Assembly: GCA_038106525.1 (NCBI GenBank)
Contig: JAYOEC010000001.1
Coordinates: forward strand, 24,876-88,875
Direction of reading: 5' to 3'
DNA: 64,000 bases
Origin: Minisyncoccota bacterium
GTDB taxonomy: Bacteria > Patescibacteriota > Minisyncoccia > Phycocordibacterales > Phycocordibacteraceae
A program made the position numbers and the translations under genes. The notes under the pieces were generated by a model, which made no database searches, was not told where the DNA came from, and saw only the letters and a list, made by a program, of their open reading frames with translations. Shown piece by piece: positions 9,367 to 20,409 of the stretch. Each line of letters starts with the position of its first letter. The stretch's first letter is position 1.

Positions 9367-9430
9367 ACCTCCACCCCCTTGCGGGGACTACGACCTGAAC
9401 GTAGCGTGTCTGCCATTTCACCACGCGCCC
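9345..9430 (-). tRNA. tRNA-Leu(CAG), long variable arm, CCA encoded
   Basis: Reverse complement: GGGCGCGTGGTGAAATGGCAGACACGCTACGTTCAGGTCGTAGTCCCCGCAAGGGGGTGGAGGTTCAAGTCCTCTCGCGCCCACCA. 7-bp acceptor, anticodon loop TTCAGGT (CAG), T-loop GGTTCAAGTCC. Its 3' end overlaps the last ~20 nt of the convergent Bpt-like CDS. Confidence 0.8.
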
Positions 9431-9470
9431 ATGTGGCTTAGTGCCTAGGATACTATAACAAAAAACCGAG

Positions 9471-9543
9471 TGCGCACTCTAGGATTCGAACCTAGGACCG
9501 CTCGAGTATCAGTCGAGTGCTCTACCAACTGAGCTAAGTGCGC
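9471..9543 (-). tRNA. tRNA-Ile(GAT), CCA not encoded
   Basis: Reverse complement: GCGCACTTAGCTCAGTTGGTAGAGCACTCGACTGATACTCGAGCGGTCCTAGGTTCGAATCCTAGAGTGCGCA. Anticodon loop CTGATAC (GAT). Immediately downstream of the 16S 3' end, as in rrn spacers. Confidence 0.8.
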
Positions 9544-9756
9544 ATGCTCATCCTATATACCAAAAAAAGCATTGCCCGTCGAGCGCCAAAACGCGACGAG
9601 CATCCAGATCCAAAGAGCTTTTCTTTCTTCTGCCCCGATCCACCCCCGTTTCGTGTATCGGGGTACCGAGCGCCAGTTTAGAGTTGTGCGCCAATACTCT
9701 GTGTCGTTAGACAATCGACCGGTAAGTCATCCCAAATTGTGGGACGACCTTTCCGT

Positions 9757-11215
<1,459 letters not shown>

Positions 11216-11572
11216 ATCTCGTGCCGCCAATTGGAAGGCGCGAGATCGGTAGTCGGAGCAGAAGAAAAACAAGCTCTTTGGTTACTACTTATTCTGGTTT
11301 GTATGCTTTGGTCCAAATTGTCAACGAACACCGGAAACAAAAAAGCCGAAGCTTTGCTCCGGCACCCCTTGAAAGATTTCTTCTAATGAAATTAGATGAA
11401 TGTCTTCATAGGTGTAAGAGCACCATGCAGCCGGAACTGTATGGCTCTGCCATTCTACCCCCCCGGATACCCCTTTGTCAACACCAAGCTGCTGAAAGCT
11501 TGTATGTAAAGAGTGGCTTTATACAGAGCTTTTTCCACACTTTCGTCCACACCCGTGTGATAGCATGAAGGT

Positions 11573-12256
11573 ATGCTGCAGTCCTCATGGGCCGTGATAT
11601 CGCTCGGCGGATCTGTTATTGTCCCGGACACCATTGATACTGAGTTTCTAAAGGCATTTGCTGCCCTTATCCGGGCGCACCTCGCTGCTGGAATGCGATT
11701 TATCATCATCGCTGGCGGAGGCAGTACGGCACGGAACTATCAAAACGCCGCCCGGGAGTTGGGGGAAACCTTCCCAGACGACCTCGATTGGCTTGGAATA
11801 CATGCAACTCGACTAAACGGCCACCTCCTCCGTTCTGTCTTCCGTGCCGAAGCACACCCAAAACTTATAGCAGACCCATCGCTGCCGATACCCGACGCAA
11901 AGATCATCATTTCAGCTGGATGGAAACCGGGAGCATCAACAGACCATGTTGCAGTCCAGCTAGCAAAGAATGCTGGAGCAAAAAAACTGATAAATCTTTC
12001 GAACATTGAGTATGTCTACAGCGCAGATCCGCACACCGATCCGACGGCACAAAAAATTGAACGCGCCACCTGGGCAGAGTTTATTGCGCTACTCCCCGAC
12101 CACTGGGATCCGGGGCTGCATGCGCCGTTTGATCCTGTTGCGGCGCGAGATGCTGCGGCACTTGGTATGGAAGTTGCAGTCATTAAGGGCGGGTACAGTA
12201 CGGAAATCGACAACTATCTCCGCAACAAAGCCTTTGTTGGGACTCTTATTGCATGA
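11573..12256 (+). CDS. pyrH: UMP kinase (amino-acid kinase family, archaeal-type)
   Basis: WAVISLGGSVIVPDTIDTEFLKAFAALIRAHLAAGMRFIIIAGGGSTARNYQ... aspartokinase/UMPK fold; 227 aa. Confidence 0.75.
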   Translation: MLQSSWAVISLGGSVIVPDTIDTEFLKAFAALIRAHLAAGMRFIIIAGGGSTARNYQNAARELGETFPDDLDWLGIHATRLNGHLLRSVFRAEAHPKLIADPSLPIPDAKIIISAGWKPGASTDHVAVQLAKNAGAKKLINLSNIEYVYSADPHTDPTAQKIERATWAEFIALLPDHWDPGLHAPFDPVAARDAAALGMEVAVIKGGYSTEIDNYLRNKAFVGTLIA

Positions 12257-12797
12257 ACTCGACAAGGGCGCGATCTACAGAATCGCGGAGCGCATCGAGA
12301 GACCCATTGTTCATAATAATTATGTCAGCACTTTGAATTACTGAGCGAATATTACTACTAATATCGCGCCTCCCTTCCTCCTCTCGCGCAACGCTTTCCT
12401 TAAATTGATCAAAAGTCACGGCATCCTTCAAACCTTCCTTGCGCAGTAGTGCGCGACGATATCTCACCTCAAGATCAGCATCCACCCCAATAATCTTCCC
12501 GCCCTTACTCCGCACAAAGTCTGCCTCACTCATGCGATGTATTGCCTCGAACACGCTATGCACCGTCCCGTCAGCAAGAGCGCGTTCAAAGTTAATCCCC
12601 AACACTCCACCAGTGTGTGTCGCAGACAACTCCTCGGCGAGCTCTGAGAGATGTTCACGATTGGGCAGCAGTCCACGCTCGTTCGAAATCTGCTTGAGGG
12701 TTTCAGAACTTGAGTAATGCTGGAACCCCTTTGATTTCAAAAACTCGACTACGGCGCCCTTTCCTGACGCCAGAGTGCCTGCGACCCCGATAATCAT
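12246..12797 (-). CDS. P-loop nucleoside/nucleotide kinase-like protein (dephospho-CoA kinase / NMP-kinase-like); Walker A ends GKG
   Basis: Start moved to MIIGVAGTLASGKGAVVEFLKSKGFQHYSSSETL (4-nt overlap with the secF stop). Small kinase-like fold (~184 aa). Specific substrate not assignable from sequence. Confidence 0.5.
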   Translation of the reverse strand: MIIGVAGTLASGKGAVVEFLKSKGFQHYSSSETLKQISNERGLLPNREHLSELAEELSATHTGGVLGINFERALADGTVHSVFEAIHRMSEADFVRSKGGKIIGVDADLEVRYRRALLRKEGLKDAVTFDQFKESVAREEEGRRDISSNIRSVIQSADIIIMNNGSLDALRDSVDRALVEFMQ

Positions 12798-13699
12798 TGC
12801 TTCTTCTGTACTTCTGGTATGCCCAAAAGTGCATGCCAGGTAACCAAGAGGGGTGATGCAAGAAAGATTGAAGAATAGGTACCAGCTACAATACCAATGA
12901 GCAGAGTGAGCGAAAAGAGTCGGATGGATTCCGGACCCCATACCATAAGTGCCACAAGCGCAAGCGCAGTGGTCAACGAAGTGTTGATCGAGCGACCCAA
13001 GGTCTGCATAATTGATCGTCCGACAGTGGTTTCAAATGGTTCCGCCATCCCCTTCTCTGCAAGAATCCTAAGATTCTCTCTCGTCCGGTCAAAAACTACA
13101 ATGGTATCGTGGATAGAAAATCCTAAAATTACCAAGAGTGCAGTAACAAACAAAGTATCTATCTCGGCTCCAAAAAAATGTCCGAGGAGTGCAAATGCAC
13201 CGACCGGAAGTATGACATCATGTGCAAGCGCAAGAAGTGCGACCACGCCGTACTTCCAACTCGATACTGGCTTGGATACCTTCCGAAATGCAAAGGCAAT
13301 AAATAGGGTAATCATAAGGAGGACCAGTCCGATTGCAAAAAACGCTCGTGCAGTTAACTCCTGACCTATGGTCGGCCCAATTGATACATACTGAACCTCA
13401 GTGCCACCAACGGCTGCGCGAACCGACTGATACTGATCCGGAGTCATAAATGGGGTGCGAATCAGATATCCAGACTCTCCGGTTGGACGAACTGATGCAC
13501 CAGATACTCCGGCTGCCTCGAGCGCTGCCGCAATACTTTCAGAACTTGGCCTCCCATCAGAAAAAGATACTTCGAGGAGTGATCCTCCAGTAAAATCAAT
13601 ACCGAGTCTAAGCCCAAACACCACACTGCAGACCAACGACAATACAATAAGAACGACGGAGAGACCGTACCAAATGCGCCGATGCGTGACAATGTACAT
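12794..13699 (-). CDS. secF: Protein translocase subunit SecF
   Basis: MYIVTHRRIWYGLSVVLIVLSLVCSVVFGLRLGIDFTGGSLLEV..., 6-TM SecF architecture. Directly downstream of secD. Confidence 0.9.
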   Translation of the reverse strand: MYIVTHRRIWYGLSVVLIVLSLVCSVVFGLRLGIDFTGGSLLEVSFSDGRPSSESIAAALEAAGVSGASVRPTGESGYLIRTPFMTPDQYQSVRAAVGGTEVQYVSIGPTIGQELTARAFFAIGLVLLMITLFIAFAFRKVSKPVSSWKYGVVALLALAHDVILPVGAFALLGHFFGAEIDTLFVTALLVILGFSIHDTIVVFDRTRENLRILAEKGMAEPFETTVGRSIMQTLGRSINTSLTTALALVALMVWGPESIRLFSLTLLIGIVAGTYSSIFLASPLLVTWHALLGIPEVQKKQ

Positions 13700-13707
13700 A
13701 GATCAGA

Positions 13708-15000
13708 TTATGACAATCCGCTCATAAATAAAGCCCGCCCCCATTTCGAGTCCCGTAAACCAATCGCGATCAGCATCGTGCGGGAAACGGTAATCGCTGA
13801 AAACATCGACAATAAAACGCCGATAATGAACACCAGCGCGAACCCCTTAATCACTGGGGTGCCTCCCATCCAAAACAAGATACAGCCCGTAATAATGGAT
13901 GATAGATTCGAATCGCGAATGGATAGCCATGCACGGCTAAACCCCTCGCTGATTGCAGCGCTCAGCTGCTTCCCAGCAGCGAGCTCCTCTTTCATTCTCT
14001 CAAAAATGAGGATATTCGCGTCGACAGCCATGCCAATCGAAAGAATAAATGCGGCGAGGCCCGCGACCGTAAGCGTGACAGGAATCAGCTGGAACACGGC
14101 GAGCGAAAGCGCAACATACAACCCGAGTGCAACAACAGCAACGAGCCCGGGAAGTCGGTACCAAAGCACCAAAAATGCCGAGACTAATATGATTCCCCAA
14201 AAACCAGCAAGCAGTGTCGCATCCAGTGCTGCAGCTCCGAGTGACGCACCAATGGATTGCGACGAGACCAATTCAATGGGGACCGGAAGCGCTCCAAAAT
14301 TCAAATTTCGTACCAAATTCCGTGCTTCGTCTGGGGTAAAGTTGCCCGTAATGGTTGCTTCGCCGTTTGGGATCATCTCCTGGATGACCGGTTCAGAAAT
14401 GGGGCGACCATCAAGAAATATCCCGAGCACTGAACCCACATGTGACTCAGTAATATTCCTAAATCGCTCAGCGCCTTCGGTGGTAAACGAGAGCACGATG
14501 AGCGGCTCGTTTGACAACCCTCCTGTTCTTGAGCTTGCAAACTGCAGCTGCGCTCGAGAAAGATACTGTCCAGTAAGACCGGTCGACTCGTAAACCGTGG
14601 TAGTGCCAACTTCGGTCCGGAGCTTGAAATCAAGTGTTGGTGTCTCGCCAATTGCAGCAACCGCATCAGAAATATTCGTGACACCCGGAAGTTCGACAAT
14701 CAGCCGTTGTTCCCCATCAGTACCAATCCCTCCTCGTTGCACTTGGATAAGCGGCTCAGATACGCCAAACACATTTATTCGGCGTTCAATCACATCCCTA
14801 AGTGCGGCCATTGCCCCACCAACCTCACCAGAAGCAATGTGGGAGGTATCTGCCCGATATACCAGATGCGTCCCACCCGCAAGATCAAGACCGAACTGAA
14901 ACGGAAATTGGGCAGCTGCTCCTGTTCCGCTATATACAAAATAGGCGAGAAGCGCGCCAAAAATCAGAAGTCCCGCTGCAGCAAGCCGCCGTAAAACCAT
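13708..15000 (-). CDS. secD: Protein translocase subunit SecD
   Basis: FGLDLAGGTHLVYRADTS... periplasmic domain, then C-terminal RND-like TM bundle LAGFWGIILVSAFLVLWYRLPGLVAV... Confidence 0.9.
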   Translation of the reverse strand: MVLRRLAAAGLLIFGALLAYFVYSGTGAAAQFPFQFGLDLAGGTHLVYRADTSHIASGEVGGAMAALRDVIERRINVFGVSEPLIQVQRGGIGTDGEQRLIVELPGVTNISDAVAAIGETPTLDFKLRTEVGTTTVYESTGLTGQYLSRAQLQFASSRTGGLSNEPLIVLSFTTEGAERFRNITESHVGSVLGIFLDGRPISEPVIQEMIPNGEATITGNFTPDEARNLVRNLNFGALPVPIELVSSQSIGASLGAAALDATLLAGFWGIILVSAFLVLWYRLPGLVAVVALGLYVALSLAVFQLIPVTLTVAGLAAFILSIGMAVDANILIFERMKEELAAGKQLSAAISEGFSRAWLSIRDSNLSSIITGCILFWMGGTPVIKGFALVFIIGVLLSMFSAITVSRTMLIAIGLRDSKWGRALFMSGLS

Positions 15001-15019
15001 ATGGGGCAGTATGCCACAA

Positions 15020-15784
15020 CTAAAGTCGTCGCGCTAACTCAAAAAGGTTTGCAAAAATTTCGACGACTGCAATTGGTCCGATACCGCCAGGGACGGGAGT
15101 GTAGATACTTGCCTTCTCTGCACATCGTGGGTCAGCGTCACCCACCAGCGCGCCATTCGATTCAGAGGTGCCGGCGTCAAGGATAATTGCACCTGTCCGG
15201 ATTATATTCGGAGTAAGGAGTCCCGGCTCTCCCGCACCAAGTACTACAATGTCAGCGTTCTCTGTCACAGCGGCAATATCGTCTCCTTTGGCGACACTGA
15301 ACACCGTTGCGCCAAGCCTTTCAAATAAAACCGCTGCGGGCTTACCCACCAGTCGCCCTTGTCCGACAATCGCAACTCGTTTTCCTGCAGGATCGACTCG
15401 ATGCATTCGAAGCACATACTCCATTGCGCGAGAAACCGGCGGTGGCGGGAACCTCCCCTCACTGAACGCACGGAATGCAGTATCAGAGAGCACATCGACA
15501 TCTTTCTCAAGCGGTATGGCGTTCCGCGCCGCGTCGATGTCCGTCCCTCCCGGCAGTGGGAGTTGAAGAACAATTCCATCACCACGCGCTTCTGCAACAG
15601 AACTTGAGTACGAAACAGTTACTCCAAGCCGCTCGGCAACACGGCTCTTGATCTTAAGGAACGACCGGGTGACCCTATCCTCATGCATGACAACCAAAGA
15701 CAGTTCGAGCGGCCCAAACTGTGTGCGCTCCCGCATGAGCTCTTGAATCCGCTTCTCTGCAAGCGCCCTACCGTCTACCATCAT
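15020..15784 (-). CDS. folD: Bifunctional methylenetetrahydrofolate dehydrogenase/cyclohydrolase FolD
   Basis: MMVDGRALAEKRIQELMRERTQFG...LSLVVMHEDRVTRSFLKIKSRVAERLG...KRVAIVGQGRLVGKPAAVLFERLGATV... FolD NAD(P)-binding motif. Confidence 0.8.
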   Translation of the reverse strand: MMVDGRALAEKRIQELMRERTQFGPLELSLVVMHEDRVTRSFLKIKSRVAERLGVTVSYSSSVAEARGDGIVLQLPLPGGTDIDAARNAIPLEKDVDVLSDTAFRAFSEGRFPPPPVSRAMEYVLRMHRVDPAGKRVAIVGQGRLVGKPAAVLFERLGATVFSVAKGDDIAAVTENADIVVLGAGEPGLLTPNIIRTGAIILDAGTSESNGALVGDADPRCAEKASIYTPVPGGIGPIAVVEIFANLFELARRL

Positions 15785-16845
15785 GAACTGCGCTCAGATA
15801 GTGGAACCACCGACTCGTACCTCCCCTTCGTCGTCGTAAACGCCTCGAGCGATGGCAATCGATATCGGTACCCATACAATCGTTCGATTTTTGATCCATC
15901 CATGACGATGGGGTAAGAATAGAAACGCCACACTCCAGGCGAAGTTGGGACCTTGCCGCGAGTAAGATGCCAAAAAATGAAGTATGCAAATCGGATGAAT
16001 GAAACCGGAATCAAGAGCACTCGCTTACCAACCGCTCGAGCCATATCCTTTGCAAACACCGGCGCCCCAGGCGGGGCAAGATTAAAAATCTCCTTTCGGC
16101 TCCCCTGCCACGAATCAAACGCAAGGAGTGCAACGATATCGCAGACATCATCCTCGTGGACGAACTGCCGAACCCACCATGGAGTCGCGGGAACAAAGGA
16201 AACCATAAGAGAGATAAGCCCGTACACGCCGCCGCGCAACTGACCAGAAAGCGCTGATTGGAGTCCGAATCGTATGCGGGCAAACCTGCCTCTCGGTCCG
16301 GTAATTGCCGCGGGACGCACCACACCAACTTTCGGTCCCTGCGGATACTTTGAAACAAACTCTGAAAGAATTTCCTCAACTCTCTTTTTCTCAACCCCAT
16401 AGAGATACTGCTCCTCTCGCATCGGCTCATCCTCAGTAAATCGATGCTGAACGGTGTTTGAACGGTACGCACCATAAATCGATGCGGTAGAAAAATGAAT
16501 CAGGCGTTCAACTGATGGGTGCAGAAACGCAAACTCAAACACCGCATGCGAGCCGTCGACATTCCACTTCCAGGTCGTCTCTGCTGCACCATAGAGCATC
16601 CTGATCTGCCATGCGGTATGCACTACAATGTCAGGATTTTCGGCACGGACGCGCTCTTGCCATGAACCATCTGCAGTATTTGCACTGATCCACAGCACTT
16701 TGCTGTTCCCAGAAAGAAATTCCGGCATTGATTCCTTATCGAGCGCAATAATTCGCTCTACATCGTCTCGTTTTGAAAACTGGTCGACCAGCATCGCACC
16801 GACATACCCGGCTGCACCAGTGATATATACTCTGTGTTGTTTCAT
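15781..16845 (-). CDS. NAD-dependent epimerase/dehydratase (SDR family)
   Basis: N-terminal Rossmann motif VYITGAAGYVGAMLVDQF, catalytic YGVEK (YxxxK). 4-nt overlap with the upstream sugar-transferase gene. Confidence 0.8.
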   Translation of the reverse strand: MKQHRVYITGAAGYVGAMLVDQFSKRDDVERIIALDKESMPEFLSGNSKVLWISANTADGSWQERVRAENPDIVVHTAWQIRMLYGAAETTWKWNVDGSHAVFEFAFLHPSVERLIHFSTASIYGAYRSNTVQHRFTEDEPMREEQYLYGVEKKRVEEILSEFVSKYPQGPKVGVVRPAAITGPRGRFARIRFGLQSALSGQLRGGVYGLISLMVSFVPATPWWVRQFVHEDDVCDIVALLAFDSWQGSRKEIFNLAPPGAPVFAKDMARAVGKRVLLIPVSFIRFAYFIFWHLTRGKVPTSPGVWRFYSYPIVMDGSKIERLYGYRYRLPSLEAFTTTKGRYESVVPLSERSS

Positions 16846-18173
16846 GCAGTAAGTAAGCGCCGCGCTATCGTACGCGCAGTCTTTAGTGTAATCGACAGAT
16901 CAAGAAGAAGCGAGCGATGCCGCACATAGTACAAGTCATACTGCAGGCGGATGCGCGATTCTTCAAGCGACTGAGGGCTGATATTGCCTGGCGCATACTT
17001 TTGATTCACTTGAGCCCATCCAGAGATTCCCGGGGTAACCGCGTACCGGAGACGATACAATGGGAGCGCATCCTGGAGTCGTTCTCCAAGCCCTACAATA
17101 TCGCTGCGCGGACCGATGAGCGACAACGCACCGGTAAGTACCGAAATCACCTGCGGCAGCTCATCAATCGAAGCCTTACGAAGCAATGCACCGACTCGCG
17201 TAACACGATTTTCACTCTCCCCGATCCAGGAACTCGAGGCGGATTCATTTCTTATCATGGTCCTGAATTTGTATACGCGGATACGAGTCCACCCCTTTCC
17301 AATCCGTTCTTGCGCAATAAAAAGAGGACCGGGGCCTTCAATCCGCTGGAAAAAGTACACAATTGGCGCACAGGAGATAAGAACACAGAGAAGAAACACC
17401 GATATGACACTATCAATCACTCGCTTAATCGCATACGAAACTATCGAAGCCGGAGAAGTGCGTGTCAGTGCGCTCGGATCAATGAGCGTAAGAGCCACCC
17501 GATCAAAAAGTGACTCATACATATATGCAGCGTCAAGCACTGGCACGCGCGGAGTATACGAACATCTGCGATCTACTACCGCAAGATCTGGGGTCTGCTG
17601 TGAAATATATCGGTCGACTGAACCTGCCGTGCCTGCCCCTTCGCAGGAAACAACCCCAAGGAGCTCGAACCGCGCGCGGGGTGTAGAGCGGATCTCCTTT
17701 GCAAGCTCATCGATATCAGGACCGTCGCCAACAATAACAACGCGCAGCGATGGGCGAAGTTCCTGAATGGCACGAAACACACCGAACCGCCACACGATAA
17801 TGAGCGCGGTAGAAAAAACAAAATACAACGCAAGTATCGTTTTGGGCTGCACGCTCACCGGCGCAAAGAAAAAGAAAGCTACCGCAATGCAGAAAATAAT
17901 GATCTGCGCATCAAGAACTGATTCGGCAATTGATTTTTCAAATAGTGCTGTTCGACGATCGTACAAACCAACACTAATAAAAATGAGTATGGAACATGCG
18001 AAAAGAAACAAAAATGGGAGGTGCAGTATCGCGTCATCAATACTCGGGAGCGTGAAGTGCCGGATGAAAAGCGCAAGCCACAAGGCACCAAAGAGCGCCG
18101 CGCAATCGCCCACAAAAAGGAGGAGTTGGTCTCGCCAGTAGGCAACGCGCATCGGTATACCATACCTTACCAT
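16842..18173 (-). CDS. Polyprenyl-phosphate glycosyl-1-phosphate transferase (bacterial sugar transferase, WbaP/PssY-like)
   Basis: Multi-TM N-terminus plus C-terminal Bac_transf domain: VYKFRTM...DELPQVISVLTGALSLIGPR. Confidence 0.85.
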   Translation of the reverse strand: MVRYGIPMRVAYWRDQLLLFVGDCAALFGALWLALFIRHFTLPSIDDAILHLPFLFLFACSILIFISVGLYDRRTALFEKSIAESVLDAQIIIFCIAVAFFFFAPVSVQPKTILALYFVFSTALIIVWRFGVFRAIQELRPSLRVVIVGDGPDIDELAKEIRSTPRARFELLGVVSCEGAGTAGSVDRYISQQTPDLAVVDRRCSYTPRVPVLDAAYMYESLFDRVALTLIDPSALTRTSPASIVSYAIKRVIDSVISVFLLCVLISCAPIVYFFQRIEGPGPLFIAQERIGKGWTRIRVYKFRTMIRNESASSSWIGESENRVTRVGALLRKASIDELPQVISVLTGALSLIGPRSDIVGLGERLQDALPLYRLRYAVTPGISGWAQVNQKYAPGNISPQSLEESRIRLQYDLYYVRHRSLLLDLSITLKTARTIARRLLTA

Positions 18174-18220
18174 GCAGCAAGAAAATGAGGTACGGGTACC
18201 GAGATCGTGTCGGTGCTAGT

Positions 18221-19297
18221 ATGTCATCTATGCGGACAAAGGTCCTTTTTATTGTTACCAAGTCAAACTGGGGAGGTGCTCAGCGTTATGTATTTGACCT
18301 TGCCACCAACCTACCGCAACACTACGACCCAGCAGTAGCATGCGGCGGTACAGGCCTCTTAACCGAGAAGCTCCGCGCGCACGGAGTGCGGGTGCACAGC
18401 ATCGAAGCGATGCAACGAGACATGAGCATGCTGCGTGAGATTTCAGCATTCGTATCGCTGCTCTCAGTGATACGCCGCGAGCGACCACATATTGTACACC
18501 TCAACTCTTCAAAAGCTGGCGTGCTGGGGGCCGTTGCTGCCCGGCTTCTTGGAGTCCCTAAAATTGTATTTAGCGCGCACGGCTGGGCATACCATGAAAA
18601 GCGGCTTTTATTTATTCAATGGCTCTGGTGGCTTGGTCACGCAGCAACGCTGGCACTCGCAACAGATTCTATTGCGGTTTCTGAACACATATTTCGCACT
18701 GCCCCATTTCGACGACGGATGCGCATTATACTGCACGGTATCGAGCTTTATCCGCCCAAGCAGCAGCACGCGCCTAACGATCCGATCGAAATTCTCACTA
18801 TTGCAGAATTGCATCGCAACAAGGGCATCGATGTGCTCCTGCGCGCGCTTGCCCTCCTCAAGCCAGGGTCGTATCGCGCCACAGTTATTGGTGAAGGGCA
18901 GGAACGGGAGAATCTCGAATCGCTTGCATCATTATTGCAGGTTGCCGTTCATCTACCAGGTTTTATTGAAAATGCCTCAGACAAGATCGATGCCTGTGAC
19001 CTTTTTGTGCTCCCATCGCGGACCGAGGCGCTCGGGTATGTGCTTCTTGAAGCTGGGAGGGCGGCTTGCGCCGCCATTGGCACAAGAGTCGGCGGCATAC
19101 CGGAAGTTATTGAGGATGGGGTAAGCGGCCGTACGGTGGAACCCGAAAATCCTGAGGCACTCGCAGCAGCACTACGATCACTCGTTGAAGATAGCGCGCT
19201 CAGAAATCAGTATGCGGCAGCACTTCGGGCCCGGGTTGAAAGTGTATTTAGACTTGACCGTATGGTGGCAGAGACTGCTGCGGTATATGTAGCTTAG
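18221..19297 (+). CDS. Glycosyltransferase family 1/4
   Basis: MRTKVLFIVTKSNWGGAQRYVFDLA... (start uncertain among M1/M13/M16). C-terminal VLPSRTEALGYVLLEAGRAACAAIGTRVGGIPEVIEDGVSG. Confidence 0.8.
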   Translation: MSSMRTKVLFIVTKSNWGGAQRYVFDLATNLPQHYDPAVACGGTGLLTEKLRAHGVRVHSIEAMQRDMSMLREISAFVSLLSVIRRERPHIVHLNSSKAGVLGAVAARLLGVPKIVFSAHGWAYHEKRLLFIQWLWWLGHAATLALATDSIAVSEHIFRTAPFRRRMRIILHGIELYPPKQQHAPNDPIEILTIAELHRNKGIDVLLRALALLKPGSYRATVIGEGQERENLESLASLLQVAVHLPGFIENASDKIDACDLFVLPSRTEALGYVLLEAGRAACAAIGTRVGGIPEVIEDGVSGRTVEPENPEALAAALRSLVEDSALRNQYAAALRARVESVFRLDRMVAETAAVYVA

Positions 19298-20409
19298 GGC
19301 AACCCAACAAGCTCGCGGTCTGCGCCGCTGCGGACTGACTTTCCGTACCGTTGCATTGCATTCACCATTCCAAGCATTGAATACCCAATAAGCAGGTGCG
19401 AACCCCCGTAGCTCATGAATGGCAAGGTGGTCCCCGTCACTGGCAATAGTCCGACATTCGAACCGATATGAATGCCTGCATGTGCAAGCACCAGCGATGC
19501 AACACCAAGCGCAAATAATGATTCAAAATTTGTCTCTCCACGCCGTGCGCACGCAACCAATCGCCATATGAGTATTCCAAACGCTGCAAGAAGGATACAC
19601 ACACCGACAAACCCCCACTCCTCTGCAAACGATGCAAAGATAAAATCCGTCTCATGCTCAGGCAGAAACTGTAACCGCGATTGCGTTCCGTACCCAATTC
19701 CCTTCCCCAGCAGCCCTCCTGAACCGATCGCGACGGTCGACTGAAATGCATTGTAACCGGCGCCTTGTATGTCTGCGAGCGGGTGGAGAAAGGTTATGAT
19801 GCGATCTTTCTGGTATTCGGCAAAGCCAAAGTTCCATAAGAGCACCCCTGCAATTACCGCTGCGCCGACCAACACTGCAAGGTGCCTAAATGGGATCCCC
19901 GCAATCAGCACCATTGCCCCCCAGAGCGCGGCAACAATCGCAGCAGAGCCAAAATCCGGCTGAAAAAACAGCAAGCACATGAGAAGCCCCGCGTATGCAC
20001 CAGACACTACAATGTGTCTGAATCGTGCAATTTCGATATGTCTCCGCGAAAAGTACTTTGCAAGCACAAGAATCAGTGCAAGTTTTGCAGGATCAGCTGG
20101 TTGTACCGCAAACGCTCCAAGATTAAACCACCCCTGCGCGCCACCAAAAACCGACCCGGCCACGAACAGCAGCGCGAGCAATAGAACTGCGACGCCATAC
20201 AATGCAACAATAATGCTCGTTCGCCTCAGGACTCTTAAATCGAAGGATGAGAGAATAAAAAAAGAGCTGAGGCTGAGTCCTATCCACACCATTTGTCGAT
20301 CTGCAAACGCGCTTGATACAGAAAAACTCTCCATCGATACAAGTCCAGCGAGCGAGATGCACACCGCTGAACCGAGGAGCAACCAATCAGTATTACGGAC
20401 GAACTGCAT
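19294..20409 (-). CDS. SEDS-family peptidoglycan polymerase (FtsW/RodA)
   Basis: 10-TM protein; GGAQGWFNLGAFAVQPADPAKLALILVLAKY and C-terminal ...LPFMSYGGSHLLIGYSMLGMV are SEDS hallmarks. Confidence 0.85.
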   Translation of the reverse strand: MQFVRNTDWLLLGSAVCISLAGLVSMESFSVSSAFADRQMVWIGLSLSSFFILSSFDLRVLRRTSIIVALYGVAVLLLALLFVAGSVFGGAQGWFNLGAFAVQPADPAKLALILVLAKYFSRRHIEIARFRHIVVSGAYAGLLMCLLFFQPDFGSAAIVAALWGAMVLIAGIPFRHLAVLVGAAVIAGVLLWNFGFAEYQKDRIITFLHPLADIQGAGYNAFQSTVAIGSGGLLGKGIGYGTQSRLQFLPEHETDFIFASFAEEWGFVGVCILLAAFGILIWRLVACARRGETNFESLFALGVASLVLAHAGIHIGSNVGLLPVTGTTLPFMSYGGSHLLIGYSMLGMVNAMQRYGKSVRSGADRELVGLP

